Below are positions 27,077 through 36,427 of a stretch of 48,449 bases of DNA, piece by piece. Source of the stretch: Acidobacteria bacterium RIFCSPLOWO2_12_FULL_67_14b. Lineage in GTDB: Bacteria; Acidobacteriota; Vicinamibacteria; Vicinamibacterales; UBA2999. Location: contig MELE01000041.1 in the NCBI GenBank assembly GCA_001768615.1, positions 43,108-91,556 of the forward strand, given 5' to 3'. Position 1 is the first letter of the stretch. Each line of letters opens with the position of its first letter. Both the position numbers and the translations under genes were made by a program. The notes beneath the pieces were generated by a model that saw only the letters and a list, made by a program, of their open reading frames with translations, was not told the origin of the DNA and ran no database searches.

Positions 27077-27789
27077 TTCCGGAGAGGTTGCGACGGGCGG
27101 ATCTCGATGCGGCTGGGCAGGCTTCGCGCCGGGTGGTTCATCACGTCGACGATGACCTGGGCCACGTCTTCGGGCAGCAGCTTCCAGTCGGCGCCGTCGC
27201 CGGCCTCGCGGCCCGAGAATTCGGTGGCCACCGACCCCGGCATCACGTACGTGACGCGGATGTTGTCGTAGCGCAGCTCCTGCATCAGCGCCTCGCTGAA
27301 CGCGTTGAGGCCGGCCTTCGACGCGCAGTACGCCGCGCCGCCCACGAACGGGTTCCGGCCGGCCAGGCTGCTGACGTTGACGATCCACCCGCCGCCCCGC
27401 GCCCGCAGGTGCGGAATCGCCGCCTTGCAGCAGTGGAACACGCCGGTGAGGTTGACGCCGATGATGCGGTGCCACTCGTCGTGGGGCATCTCGGCAATCG
27501 GCACGCCCACACCGACACCGGCGTTGTTGACGAGCGCATCGAGGCCGCCGAAGCGCTCGACGGCGGTGCGCATGGCCAGCTCCACCGACGCCGCGTCGCG
27601 CACGTCGCAGACGAGGCCGGCGATGCGGCCGGGATCGCCGCAGGCGGCGCCCAGCGCGTGCTCCGCCCGCATCACGCCGCCGGTGGTGGTCGCCGTAATC
27701 GCGACGTGGTCGCCCTGCCGCAACAGCGCGTCCGCCACCGCATACCCGATGCCCCTCGCACCACCCGTAATCAAAGTGACTCGCGCCAT
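27073..27789 (-). CDS. SDR-family oxidoreductase
   Basis: TGGARGIG, LVNNAG, NVSS, YCASK. Confidence 0.92.
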   Translation of the reverse strand: MARVTLITGGARGIGYAVADALLRQGDHVAITATTTGGVMRAEHALGAACGDPGRIAGLVCDVRDAASVELAMRTAVERFGGLDALVNNAGVGVGVPIAEMPHDEWHRIIGVNLTGVFHCCKAAIPHLRARGGGWIVNVSSLAGRNPFVGGAAYCASKAGLNAFSEALMQELRYDNIRVTYVMPGSVATEFSGREAGDGADWKLLPEDVAQVIVDVMNHPARSLPSRIEIRPSQPLRK

Positions 27790-27807
27790 GCCTATAGAAT
27801 AGTCCCC

Positions 27808-28656
27808 GTGGCGACCATCGTCATTCTTGGTGCGGGAGACACGGGAGCGGCGCTGGCGCGGCAGCTGGCCGCCACCGACATCGTCTCGCGCATCGTGCTG
27901 GTGGACGACATGGCGGCGGTGGCGGCGGGCAAGGCCCTCGACGTCGCGCAGTCGGGGCCCGTCGACGGCTACACGACGGCGTTATCGGGCACGAGCGACG
28001 TCGCGGCGGTCGTGGGCGCGGCGGTGGTCGTGTTTGCGGATCGCGTGGGCCCCCCGCCGGCCGATTGGCAGGACGAGGCCGGGCTCGCGCTCGTGAAGCG
28101 CGTGGCGGGGTTGAATCAGGTCGCGCCGCTCGTGTGCGCCGGCGCGTCGCAGTCGTCGCTGGTGGAGCGCGGCGTCAACGAATTGGGGATCTCCCGGACG
28201 CGCCTGTTCGGGTCCGCGCCGGAAGCGCTGCGGTCCGCGGTGGTCACGATCTGCGCGCTCGAGGCGGGCGCCGCGGCGGCGGATGTCTCGCTGTCGGTGC
28301 TGGGCCGGCCGCCGCAACATGTGATCGTTCCCTGGGACGAGGCGGCCATTGCCGGCCGCTCGGCGACGGCGGTGCTGTCGGCCGCGCAACTGGCGCGCCT
28401 CGACGCGCGCGTGGCCCGGTTGTGGCCGCCCGGGCCGTACACGCTGGCGGCCGCCGCCGCGCGGGTGATCCGGACCGCCATCACGCGCAGTCCGCGCGTG
28501 CACACCGTGCAGGTGGCGGTCACCCGCGACGAAGGCACGCCCGGGCGTTCGGCGATGATGCCCGTGACGCTGCTGCCGTCGGGCATCGAGCGGCTCGTCG
28601 AGCCCGTGCTGTCGGCCCGCGATCGCGTGCGCTACGAAACCACCCTTCGTCAGTAG
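27808..28656 (+). CDS. Malate/lactate dehydrogenase-family homolog with a degenerate active site
   Basis: ILGAGDTG, IVLVD, AGKALD; the catalytic His motif and substrate-loop Arg residues are not recognisable. Confidence 0.7.
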   Translation: MATIVILGAGDTGAALARQLAATDIVSRIVLVDDMAAVAAGKALDVAQSGPVDGYTTALSGTSDVAAVVGAAVVVFADRVGPPPADWQDEAGLALVKRVAGLNQVAPLVCAGASQSSLVERGVNELGISRTRLFGSAPEALRSAVVTICALEAGAAAADVSLSVLGRPPQHVIVPWDEAAIAGRSATAVLSAAQLARLDARVARLWPPGPYTLAAAAARVIRTAITRSPRVHTVQVAVTRDEGTPGRSAMMPVTLLPSGIERLVEPVLSARDRVRYETTLRQ

Positions 28657-29309
28657 GCTTCTGCAGACAGGTCCCGCTCGAAAATCTCGCAAAAGCGCGA
28701 AATCAGGCGGTCTTCGACGTCGGCCATGGCCGGGGTGCGGCCGAGCTGGGCGGCGAGCGAGGTCACGCCGCGGTCGGCGATCCCGCACGGGACAATCAGC
28801 TTGAAGTAATCCACGTCCGTCGTCACGTTGAAGGCAAAACCGTGGCTCGTGATCCAGCGCGAAATGCGGACGCCGATTGCCCCGATCTTCCCGGCCCCGA
28901 TCCACGTGCCGCTCAGGCCCGTAATCCGCCCGGCCTCGATCCCGTAATCCGCGCACACGCGGATCATTACCTCTTCGAGATCGCGCACGTAGCGATGCAC
29001 GTCCCTGCGGTCCGGAGTGAGATCGACGATGGGATACCCGACCAGTTGCCCGGGCCCGTGATAGGTCACGTCGCCGCCACGCCCGGTCTCGAACACCTCG
29101 ACGCCAAGCGACGAGAGCCGATCCGGCGTGGCAAGAATGTGCGACCGGCCGTCTTTCTTGACGCCGATCGTCAGGACGTGGGGATGCTGAAGCAGGAGCA
29201 ACGTGTCGGGAATGCGGCCGGCCTTGCGATCGTCGACCAGCGCGCGCTGCACCTCGAGCGCCTCCGCATACGGAACCAGGCCGAGCCGGCGAACTTGTAA
29301 AGACGTCAC
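28650..29309 (-). CDS. lipB: Lipoyl(octanoyl) transferase
   Basis: LQHPHVLTIG, RGGDVTYHGPGQLVGYP, KIGAIG, SHGFAFN, IVPCG. Confidence 0.95.
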   Translation of the reverse strand: MTSLQVRRLGLVPYAEALEVQRALVDDRKAGRIPDTLLLLQHPHVLTIGVKKDGRSHILATPDRLSSLGVEVFETGRGGDVTYHGPGQLVGYPIVDLTPDRRDVHRYVRDLEEVMIRVCADYGIEAGRITGLSGTWIGAGKIGAIGVRISRWITSHGFAFNVTTDVDYFKLIVPCGIADRGVTSLAAQLGRTPAMADVEDRLISRFCEIFERDLSAEAY

Positions 29310-30541
29310 ACGCTGGCGGGGTCGAAGTTCTCGAGGCCTTTCTTCACGTCCGCCATGAACTGATCCGCCACCGCGCCATCGATCAGGCGATGGTCGTAGC
29401 CGAGCGTCAGGAACCCCATCAGGCGGATCCCGATCGCATCGTCGATGACGACGGGGCGCTTCTCGATGGTCCCGACACCGAGAATCGCGACCTGGGGCTG
29501 GTTGATGATCGGCAGCCCGAACTGCGCGCCGAAGTTGCCGGGGTTGGTGATGGTGAACGTGCCGCCATGCACCTCCTCGGGATTGAGCTTCTTCGCGCGC
29601 GCGCGGTCGGCCACGTCCTGGATCGCCTTCGACAGGCCGAGCAGGTTCTTCTCGCCCGCGCCCTTCACCACCGGCACGATCAGGCCGTGCTCGAGCGCCA
29701 CCGCGATGCCGAGGTTGATGTCCTTCTTGTAGACGATGGTGTCGCCGTCAATCGAGGCGTTGACGATGCGGTGCGCACGCAGCGCGTCGACCACGACCTT
29801 GGCGATGAACGAGGTGTAGGTCAGCTTCGCGCCGTTACGTTCGTAGTCGTCTTTCTTGGCCTGGCGGATCTGATCGACCTGCGAGTAGTTGACCTCGAAC
29901 ACCGAGTAGACGTGCGCCGACGTGCGGCGGCTGAGCACCATGTGCTCGGCGATCTTCTTGCGGATCACCGGCATCGGCACGACGTCGTCGCCGGCCATCC
30001 GCGCCACCACCGGCGCCGGGGCGGCGGCGCCGTCGATATAGCCGAGGATGTCCTGCTTGGTCACGCGCCCGCCGATGCCCGAGCCGGCGATGCGGCCGAT
30101 GTCGACGTTGTGTTCCTTGGCGATGCGGCGCACGAGCGGCGACGATTTCTGCTTGTCGGAAGGTGCGTCAGGTGCAGCGGGTGCAGCGGGTGCGTCAGGG
30201 GCAGCCGGTGCGTCAGGTGCAGCGGCCGCGGGCGGCTTGGCCGGACCCCCATTGGCACTTGATGCACGTGTTGCACCCGATGCACCTGCGGCGGGCGCTT
30301 CGCCCGCCGTGCCGATCGTCGCGACGACGCTGTTGACCGGCACCGTCTCGCCTTCCTTGACGGCAATCTCGGTCAGCACCCCCGCGGCGGGCGACGGGAT
30401 CTCGGCATCGACCTTGTCGGTCGAGATCTCGAACAGCGGCTCGTCGCGATCGACCGCATCGCCCACCTTCTTGATCCAGCGGACGATGGTGCCTTCCGCG
30501 ATCGACTCGCCCATCTGGGGCATGACTACGGGTGTGGACAT
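29306..30541 (-). CDS. 2-oxo-acid dehydrogenase E2 (dihydrolipoamide acyltransferase, SucB-like)
   Basis: Lipoyl domain STDKV, E3-binding domain SPLVRR..GSG.GGRVTK.D, catalytic DHRLIDG. Confidence 0.92.
   Translation of the reverse strand: MSTPVVMPQMGESIAEGTIVRWIKKVGDAVDRDEPLFEISTDKVDAEIPSPAAGVLTEIAVKEGETVPVNSVVATIGTAGEAPAAGASGATRASSANGGPAKPPAAAAPDAPAAPDAPAAPAAPDAPSDKQKSSPLVRRIAKEHNVDIGRIAGSGIGGRVTKQDILGYIDGAAAPAPVVARMAGDDVVPMPVIRKKIAEHMVLSRRTSAHVYSVFEVNYSQVDQIRQAKKDDYERNGAKLTYTSFIAKVVVDALRAHRIVNASIDGDTIVYKKDINLGIAVALEHGLIVPVVKGAGEKNLLGLSKAIQDVADRARAKKLNPEEVHGGTFTITNPGNFGAQFGLPIINQPQVAILGVGTIEKRPVVIDDAIGIRLMGFLTLGYDHRLIDGAVADQFMADVKKGLENFDPASV
30162..30290. repeat. Inverted pair of nonamer arrays (GGTGCnnnn ... 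GCACnnnnn) forming the E2 linker
   Basis: About 7 GGTGC units at 30162-30223 and 4 GCAC units at 30255-30290. Confidence 0.65.
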
Positions 30542-30547
30542 AAATCA

Positions 30548-30589
30548 GCCTTCGGCCTTCGGCCTTCTGCCTTCTGCCTTCTGCCTTCA
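30548..30589 (+). repeat. Heptamer array (GCCTTCT/G) x6 between lpdA and E2
   Basis: Direct reading; the last unit contains the lpdA stop. Confidence 0.85.
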
Positions 30590-32032
30590 AATGTGGATCG
30601 CGGCGCCATGCGCCGCATGCGCCGCTTCACCCACCGCCTCCGACATGGTCGGGTGCGCGTGGATGGTCCGGATCAATTCCTCGACGGTCACTTCCATCCT
30701 GAGCGCCATCACCGCCTCGGCCACCAGCTCGGTGGCGCGGGGACCGATGATGTGCACGCCCAGCACCTCGTCGTACTTCTTCTCGGCGACGATCTTGACG
30801 AAGCCGTCGGTTTCGCCGGCCATGCGCGCCCGCGCCAGGGCGCGGAACGGGAAGGTGCCGATGCGGACGTCGTGCCCCTGCTCGCGCGCCTGCGCCTCGG
30901 TGAGGCCGACGCTGCCGATCTCGGGGTCGCTGTAGGTGCAGCGCGGCACGTGATCGTAGTTGATGGGCTGCACGGCCTGGCCGGCGATGCGCTCGGCCAG
31001 GACGATGCCCTCCATCGACGACACGTGCGCGAGCTGGTAGTGAGGCCCGCCCATCGTGATCACGTCGCCGATCGCCGAGATGCCCGGCACGTTGGTGCGG
31101 AACATCGAGTCGACGACGACGTAGCCGCGATCCATCTTGAGGCCGAGCGCCTCGGCGCCCAGGCCCTCGGTGACCGGCCCGCGTCCGGTCGCGACGAGCA
31201 GGAGGTCGAAGGCGAGTGTCTGCGACTTGCCCTGCCCTGAGCCTGTCGAAGGGCCCGCGGTGTCGACCTCGATGTCGACGCCCTTCGCGCCGGTCGTGGC
31301 GGAGGTGACCGTCGATCCGGTGAGCACCTTGATGCCGCGCTTCTTGAACGTCCGCTCGAGCTCGGCCGAGACGGCCTCGTCTTCGCCGGGCACCAGCCGC
31401 GGCAGCAGCTCGATCACCGTCACCTCGCTGCCGTAGCTCTTGAAGATCGACGCGAACTCGACGCCGACGGCGCCGCTGCCCATGATCCCGATCGACTTCG
31501 GCACGTACGGCAGGTGGATCGCCTCGTCGCTGAAGATGATCCGCTTGCGGTCGGCCTCGATGCCGGGCACGCTGCGCGGCGCCGAGCCGGTCGCCACGAC
31601 GAGGTCCTTCTTCGCCGTCAGCGCCTGCTTGCCGCCGTCGTGCAGCGTGACCTCGACGCCGTGCGGGCCGATCAGGCGCGCGCTGCCCTTGATCCAGTCG
31701 ATCTTGTTCTTCTTGAAGAGCATTTCGATGCCGCCGGTGAGGCCCGACACCATCTTGTCCTTGCGCGCGTGCACGGCGGGCATGTCGATCGACACGGCGG
31801 CGCCGTCGATGCCGGTGAGGCCCCACTCTTTCGCGCCCTGCGCCACCTTGAGCGCGTGGGCGTGCTCGAGCAGCGCCTTGGTCGGGATGCATCCCCAGAT
31901 GAGGCAGGTGCCGCCCAGCGCCCTCTGGCGCTCGACCACGGCCACGGTCAGGCCCAGCTGCGCCGCGCGAATGGCGGCCACGTAGCCGCCCGTGCCGGCG
32001 CCAATCACTACCACGTCGTACTCGTTCGCCAA
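30587..32032 (-). CDS. lpdA: Dihydrolipoyl dehydrogenase (E3)
   Basis: GGTCLIWGCIPTK, GSGAVGVE, HAHPTMSE; TTG 32032 with an AAGGAG RBS. Confidence 0.95.
   Translation of the reverse strand: MANEYDVVVIGAGTGGYVAAIRAAQLGLTVAVVERQRALGGTCLIWGCIPTKALLEHAHALKVAQGAKEWGLTGIDGAAVSIDMPAVHARKDKMVSGLTGGIEMLFKKNKIDWIKGSARLIGPHGVEVTLHDGGKQALTAKKDLVVATGSAPRSVPGIEADRKRIIFSDEAIHLPYVPKSIGIMGSGAVGVEFASIFKSYGSEVTVIELLPRLVPGEDEAVSAELERTFKKRGIKVLTGSTVTSATTGAKGVDIEVDTAGPSTGSGQGKSQTLAFDLLLVATGRGPVTEGLGAEALGLKMDRGYVVVDSMFRTNVPGISAIGDVITMGGPHYQLAHVSSMEGIVLAERIAGQAVQPINYDHVPRCTYSDPEIGSVGLTEAQAREQGHDVRIGTFPFRALARARMAGETDGFVKIVAEKKYDEVLGVHIIGPRATELVAEAVMALRMEVTVEELIRTIHAHPTMSEAVGEAAHAAHGAAIHI
31231..31253 (+). repeat. 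CCTGCCCTGAGCCTGTCGAAGGG element in frame in lpdA (PSTGSGQ)
   Basis: Matches the copies at 4935 and 19242. Confidence 0.8.
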
Positions 32033-32048
32033 CACCCGCTCCTTGACC

Positions 32049-32128
32049 AGGCGGGTCTACCGCCTCCGCCTAGCTACGGCGAGTCTCGCCGAAGCGCTTC
32101 GCGCGAAGGCGGAAAGACCCGCCTCTAC
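32049..32128 (-). repeat. GTAG REP whose loop holds a head-to-head pair of CCGCCTTCGC-family elements
   Basis: AGGCGGGTCT [32060-32112] AAAGACCCGCCTCTAC. Confidence 0.8.
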
Positions 32129-32172
32129 CCGTGAATGCAACCCCTCAATGTCGCTCGGAACAGAACGGAACG

Positions 32173-32421
32173 TCAAGTCGCGGTTGGGCCTTTCTTGATC
32201 GACGACAGCGGGACGAACGTCTGCTGGGGATCGGGACGGGCGGGCGCCTGCGGATCCACCTTGCCCTTGAGCTCGCCGTGGTCGTACTTGAGCTGCCAGT
32301 ACATCTCGGTGATCTGCGCCAGCTGCCGGGCGGTCCGCCGCGCCTGCGCGAACGCCACCACGGCGACCAGCAGGGCCGAAACCGCGACGATCCAGAGTCC
32401 CGTTATATCCACGTGCGCCAC
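32173..32421 (-). CDS. Small single-TM hypothetical protein
   Basis: Hydrophobic N-terminal helix followed by YWQLKY..GELK and FVPLSS. Confidence 0.6.
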   Translation of the reverse strand: MAHVDITGLWIVAVSALLVAVVAFAQARRTARQLAQITEMYWQLKYDHGELKGKVDPQAPARPDPQQTFVPLSSIKKGPTAT

Positions 32422-32448
32422 ATTGAACTGTAACTGAAAACTCCAAAC

Positions 32449-32483
32449 TGAACTCTGAACTCTGAACTCTGAACTTTGAACTC
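32449..32483 (+). repeat. Heptamer array (TGAACTC) x5 in a divergent promoter region
   Basis: Direct reading; related to the TGAACC arrays at 7.1-7.7 kb. Confidence 0.8.
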
Positions 32484-32505
32484 TCCGCCGTTATACTCCA
32501 TTCGA

Positions 32506-33888
<1,383 letters not shown>

Positions 33889-33907
33889 ATCCCCGCCGCC
33901 AGCCGCG

Positions 33908-34207
33908 CTACTTCTTCGGAAGGATCGCGTCTTTCAGCTGCTTGACGATCCGCGCCTTGACGACGGTCTTCGCGGGAATCTGGATTTCCTGCTTGGTCGC
34001 CGGGTTGCGCCCGACGCGCGCCTTGCGGTGCTGCACGACGAGCTTCACCATGCCGGGAATGACGAACTCGCCCGTGCGCTTCAGCTCCTTCTCGCACAGG
34101 ATCGCCAGTTCGTCGAAAAACTCGCGCGACTGCGTGCGCTTGACGTCGAACCGCTCGGCGAAGTGTGAAAAGAGCTCCGACTTGCCCATCCTTCGGGCTT
34201 CGTCCAT
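33908..34207 (-). CDS. HU-family DNA-binding protein
   Basis: KSEL, RKARVGRNPAT...IQIPAK.VVK. Confidence 0.92.
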   Translation of the reverse strand: MDEARRMGKSELFSHFAERFDVKRTQSREFFDELAILCEKELKRTGEFVIPGMVKLVVQHRKARVGRNPATKQEIQIPAKTVVKARIVKQLKDAILPKK

Positions 34208-34295
34208 CGTGTCCCCCTGCTCAGTGCCGCACGGCGCGGCGTATCGGTAAAGCGGAGCGTATGCTAACCCCGGCGATAGGGGCTGTCAATCACAG

Positions 34296-34330
34296 TAAAG
34301 GCAGAAGGCAAAAGGCACAAGGCAGAAAGC
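34296..34330 (+). repeat. Heptamer array (AGAAGGC-like) x5, reverse complement of the 30548 array
   Basis: taaaggc agaaggc aaaaggc acaaggc agaaagc. Confidence 0.7.
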
Positions 34331-34345
34331 ATTACACTGCCGTTC

Positions 34346-34681
34346 ATGTCCATTGAGACATTTCCGAACCCGCGGCCCGAACGCGACTTCGAAATCGCGA
34401 TCGACTGCCCCGAGTTCACCTCGATGTGTCCGAAGACAGGCCTCCCCGACTTCGGCGTCATCCGCATCCGCTACGTGCCCGATGCGCGCTGCATCGAGCT
34501 CAAGTCCCTCAAATACTATCTGCTCGAGTTCCGGAACAAGGGAATTTTCTACGAGGCGGCCACCAACCAGATTCTCGACGACCTGGTCGCCGCCTGCGCA
34601 CCGCGGCGCATGACCGTGACCGGCGATTTCACCGCGCGCGGCGGCCTCACCACGAAGGTCACGGCGAGCTTCGGTGACTGA
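34346..34681 (+). CDS. queF: 7-cyano-7-deazaguanine reductase (preQ1 synthase)
   Basis: [14 protein letters not shown], QueF motif [11 protein letters not shown]. Confidence 0.93.
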   Translation: MSIETFPNPRPERDFEIAIDCPEFTSMCPKTGLPDFGVIRIRYVPDARCIELKSLKYYLLEFRNKGIFYEAATNQILDDLVAACAPRRMTVTGDFTARGGLTTKVTASFGD

Positions 34682-34949
34682 CGAGCCGGTGCGCGTCCCG
34701 ATTGAAGACGCGATCGACCTGCACAGCTTTGCGCCCCGGGACGTCGCCTCCGTCGTCGACCAATACCTGCACGCGGCGCGCGACGCGGGCTTTTCGCAGG
34801 TGCGGCTGATCCACGGACGAGGCACGGGCGCGCAACGCGCCGCGATCCAGCGCCTGCTCCGCACACATCCCCTGGTTGAACGCTATTGGGACGCCCCGGA
34901 ATCACACCTGGGCGCCACGCTGGTGGGGCTCAAGCGCCCCGGCTCTTAA
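34674..34949 (+). CDS. Small Smr-domain protein
   Basis: [20 protein letters not shown]. Confidence 0.88.
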   Translation: MTDEPVRVPIEDAIDLHSFAPRDVASVVDQYLHAARDAGFSQVRLIHGRGTGAQRAAIQRLLRTHPLVERYWDAPESHLGATLVGLKRPGS

Positions 34950-35770
34950 CCGACCGCTGGACGCACGCCCGAGAGACGGTGCCGCTTCTCGGGCTCAGGC
35001 GGGTCGTCCTCCGAACGCTCGGACCCATCGTCGGGCGTGCCGCGCCGGAAGGCGGGTCCGGCGATCGTTCGGGCGATGGCGTCGAGCTGGCCATGCAGTT
35101 CGGAAGTCCGCAGCGCCGACACCGGCACGCCAGAGTTCACCGCCGACGCCACCGTGCGGTAGTCGCTGCCGAGGGTGTAGTCGATGGTCAGCCCGAGCAC
35201 CCGTTCGATCTGCGCGGTGGACATCACGCCGAACTCCGACGCGCGGTTCAACACGATCTTCAGCCGCTCGCCGACCACCCCCGCCAGCTTCACCGCGTCG
35301 ATCAGCCGCTGGAGGTTTCGCAGGCACGGGACGTCGGGGTTCGCCACGAGCATCACCATGTCCGACGACTGCAGCGCGATGGCGGTGCACGCCGCAATCG
35401 TGCTCCCGGCGTCGATGATCACGAACTCGTAGAGCGCGTTGAGGCACTTGAGCATCTGCTCGATGCCCTCGACGTCCCGCGGCGCGGGACGGCCGTACTC
35501 GTCGCCCGCGGCCATCACGTGCAGGCCACAGTCGTGCTCGGTGACGTATTTCGAGACGGCCCCTGGATCCATCCACGACAGTTGATCGATAACGTGAAGC
35601 ACCGTGTGCCGGGGCCGCAGTCCCAGGAACAGGGCGACGTCGCCGGGGCCGGTCTTCAGGTCGATGACGATGGTGGGGCGGCGGGTGATGCGGCGGAGAT
35701 CCGCCGCCCCGTTGACCGCGAGTGTGGTGGTGCCGGTGCCGCCCTTGGTGCCGAGAAAACTCACGATCAT
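34946..35770 (-). CDS. CpaE/MinD-like ATPase (no receiver domain)
   Basis: Deviant Walker A GTKGGTGTTTLAVN, IDL, GDVALFLGL, FVIIDAG, IVLNR; start at ATG 35770. Confidence 0.8.
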   Translation of the reverse strand: MIVSFLGTKGGTGTTTLAVNGAADLRRITRRPTIVIDLKTGPGDVALFLGLRPRHTVLHVIDQLSWMDPGAVSKYVTEHDCGLHVMAAGDEYGRPAPRDVEGIEQMLKCLNALYEFVIIDAGSTIAACTAIALQSSDMVMLVANPDVPCLRNLQRLIDAVKLAGVVGERLKIVLNRASEFGVMSTAQIERVLGLTIDYTLGSDYRTVASAVNSGVPVSALRTSELHGQLDAIARTIAGPAFRRGTPDDGSERSEDDPPEPEKRHRLSGVRPAVG

Positions 35771-35784
35771 GGAGCGATGCAGAC

Positions 35785-35799
35785 GCAACCCGTGTGCCA
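35785..35799 (-). promoter_or_regulatory. Sigma-54 -24/-12 promoter for the CpaE-like gene
   Basis: TGGCAC-ACGGG-TTGC, exact consensus spacing. Confidence 0.7.
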
Positions 35800-36002
35800 G
35801 AGGGGAAAAGCCGTGCACACACGAATGGGGCGGGCCGAACGGGGCCCGCCCCAGGGGTTCCGATCGTTGCACATCTGTAAGCGCGTCCACGCGATTGGTG
35901 GGTGGGAGGCGCCTCGCCGGAGGGCGCGGCCGAGCTGGCCCGCCGCCGCTAAGTCGATGCAGATGGGCGGGTTCCGGCGGCGCCGAGGCCCTCGGGCGGC
36001 CG

Positions 36003-36018
36003 CGGCACGTCACTTGCT
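36003..36018 (+). promoter_or_regulatory. Sigma-54 -24/-12 promoter for the small protein gene
   Basis: CGGCAC-GTCAC-TTGCT. Confidence 0.7.
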
Positions 36019-36054
36019 CTGTGGCTGGTACTCCCTGGAGCGTCACCAATAACC

Positions 36055-36252
36055 ATGGCCACTACACCTCAATCGTTCGTTCGTCCCGCGAAAGATGAGT
36101 GGGGTGTCTACGACCCCCAGCAAGCCGGCCTGGCGGCGCTCTTCGCGAGGCTCGACTCGAAAGACGCCTCCGCGAAACTGCAGGCCAAACCCGACGACGC
36201 CGTCGTGGCGCCGCCGGCGCTGCCGCGGCCGACCCTTCGCGACGCAAAGTAA
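36055..36252 (+). CDS. Small hypothetical protein (65 aa)
   Basis: Has its own promoter and terminator; protein-like core DEWGVYDPQQAGLAALFARLD. Confidence 0.65.
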   Translation: MATTPQSFVRPAKDEWGVYDPQQAGLAALFARLDSKDASAKLQAKPDDAVVAPPALPRPTLRDAK

Positions 36253-36273
36253 CCCTTCCTCAACGTCCCTCTG

Positions 36274-36307
36274 GGAGGCGCTCCATGACGGCGCCTCCTT
36301 TTTTTTT
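36274..36307 (+). terminator. Rho-independent terminator
   Basis: GGAGGCGC stem, 9-nt loop, GCGCCTCC, then T9. Confidence 0.85.
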
Positions 36308-36382
36308 GTACGGCCGGCGGCACCCCTGGTCGTCCGCCAGCGCCACGCGCGTCGATCCGGTGACGGCGCTGCGGCTCGAGTA

Positions 36383-36407
36383 GTAGCGGCGGGTCTATAG
36401 ACCCGCC
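36383..36407 (+). repeat. GTAG REP copy (GTAGCGGCGGGTCTATAGACCCGCC)
   Basis: Same stem as the copies at 2293, 3000 and 32049. Confidence 0.78.
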
Positions 36408-36427
36408 TGCGGATATGATCGCGTGTC

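Noticed and set aside
34260-34345. preQ1 riboswitch upstream of queF
   Set aside because: The region is a heptamer array followed by a -10 box 7 nt from the ATG, so there is no leader to hold an aptamer and no preQ1 consensus is visible.
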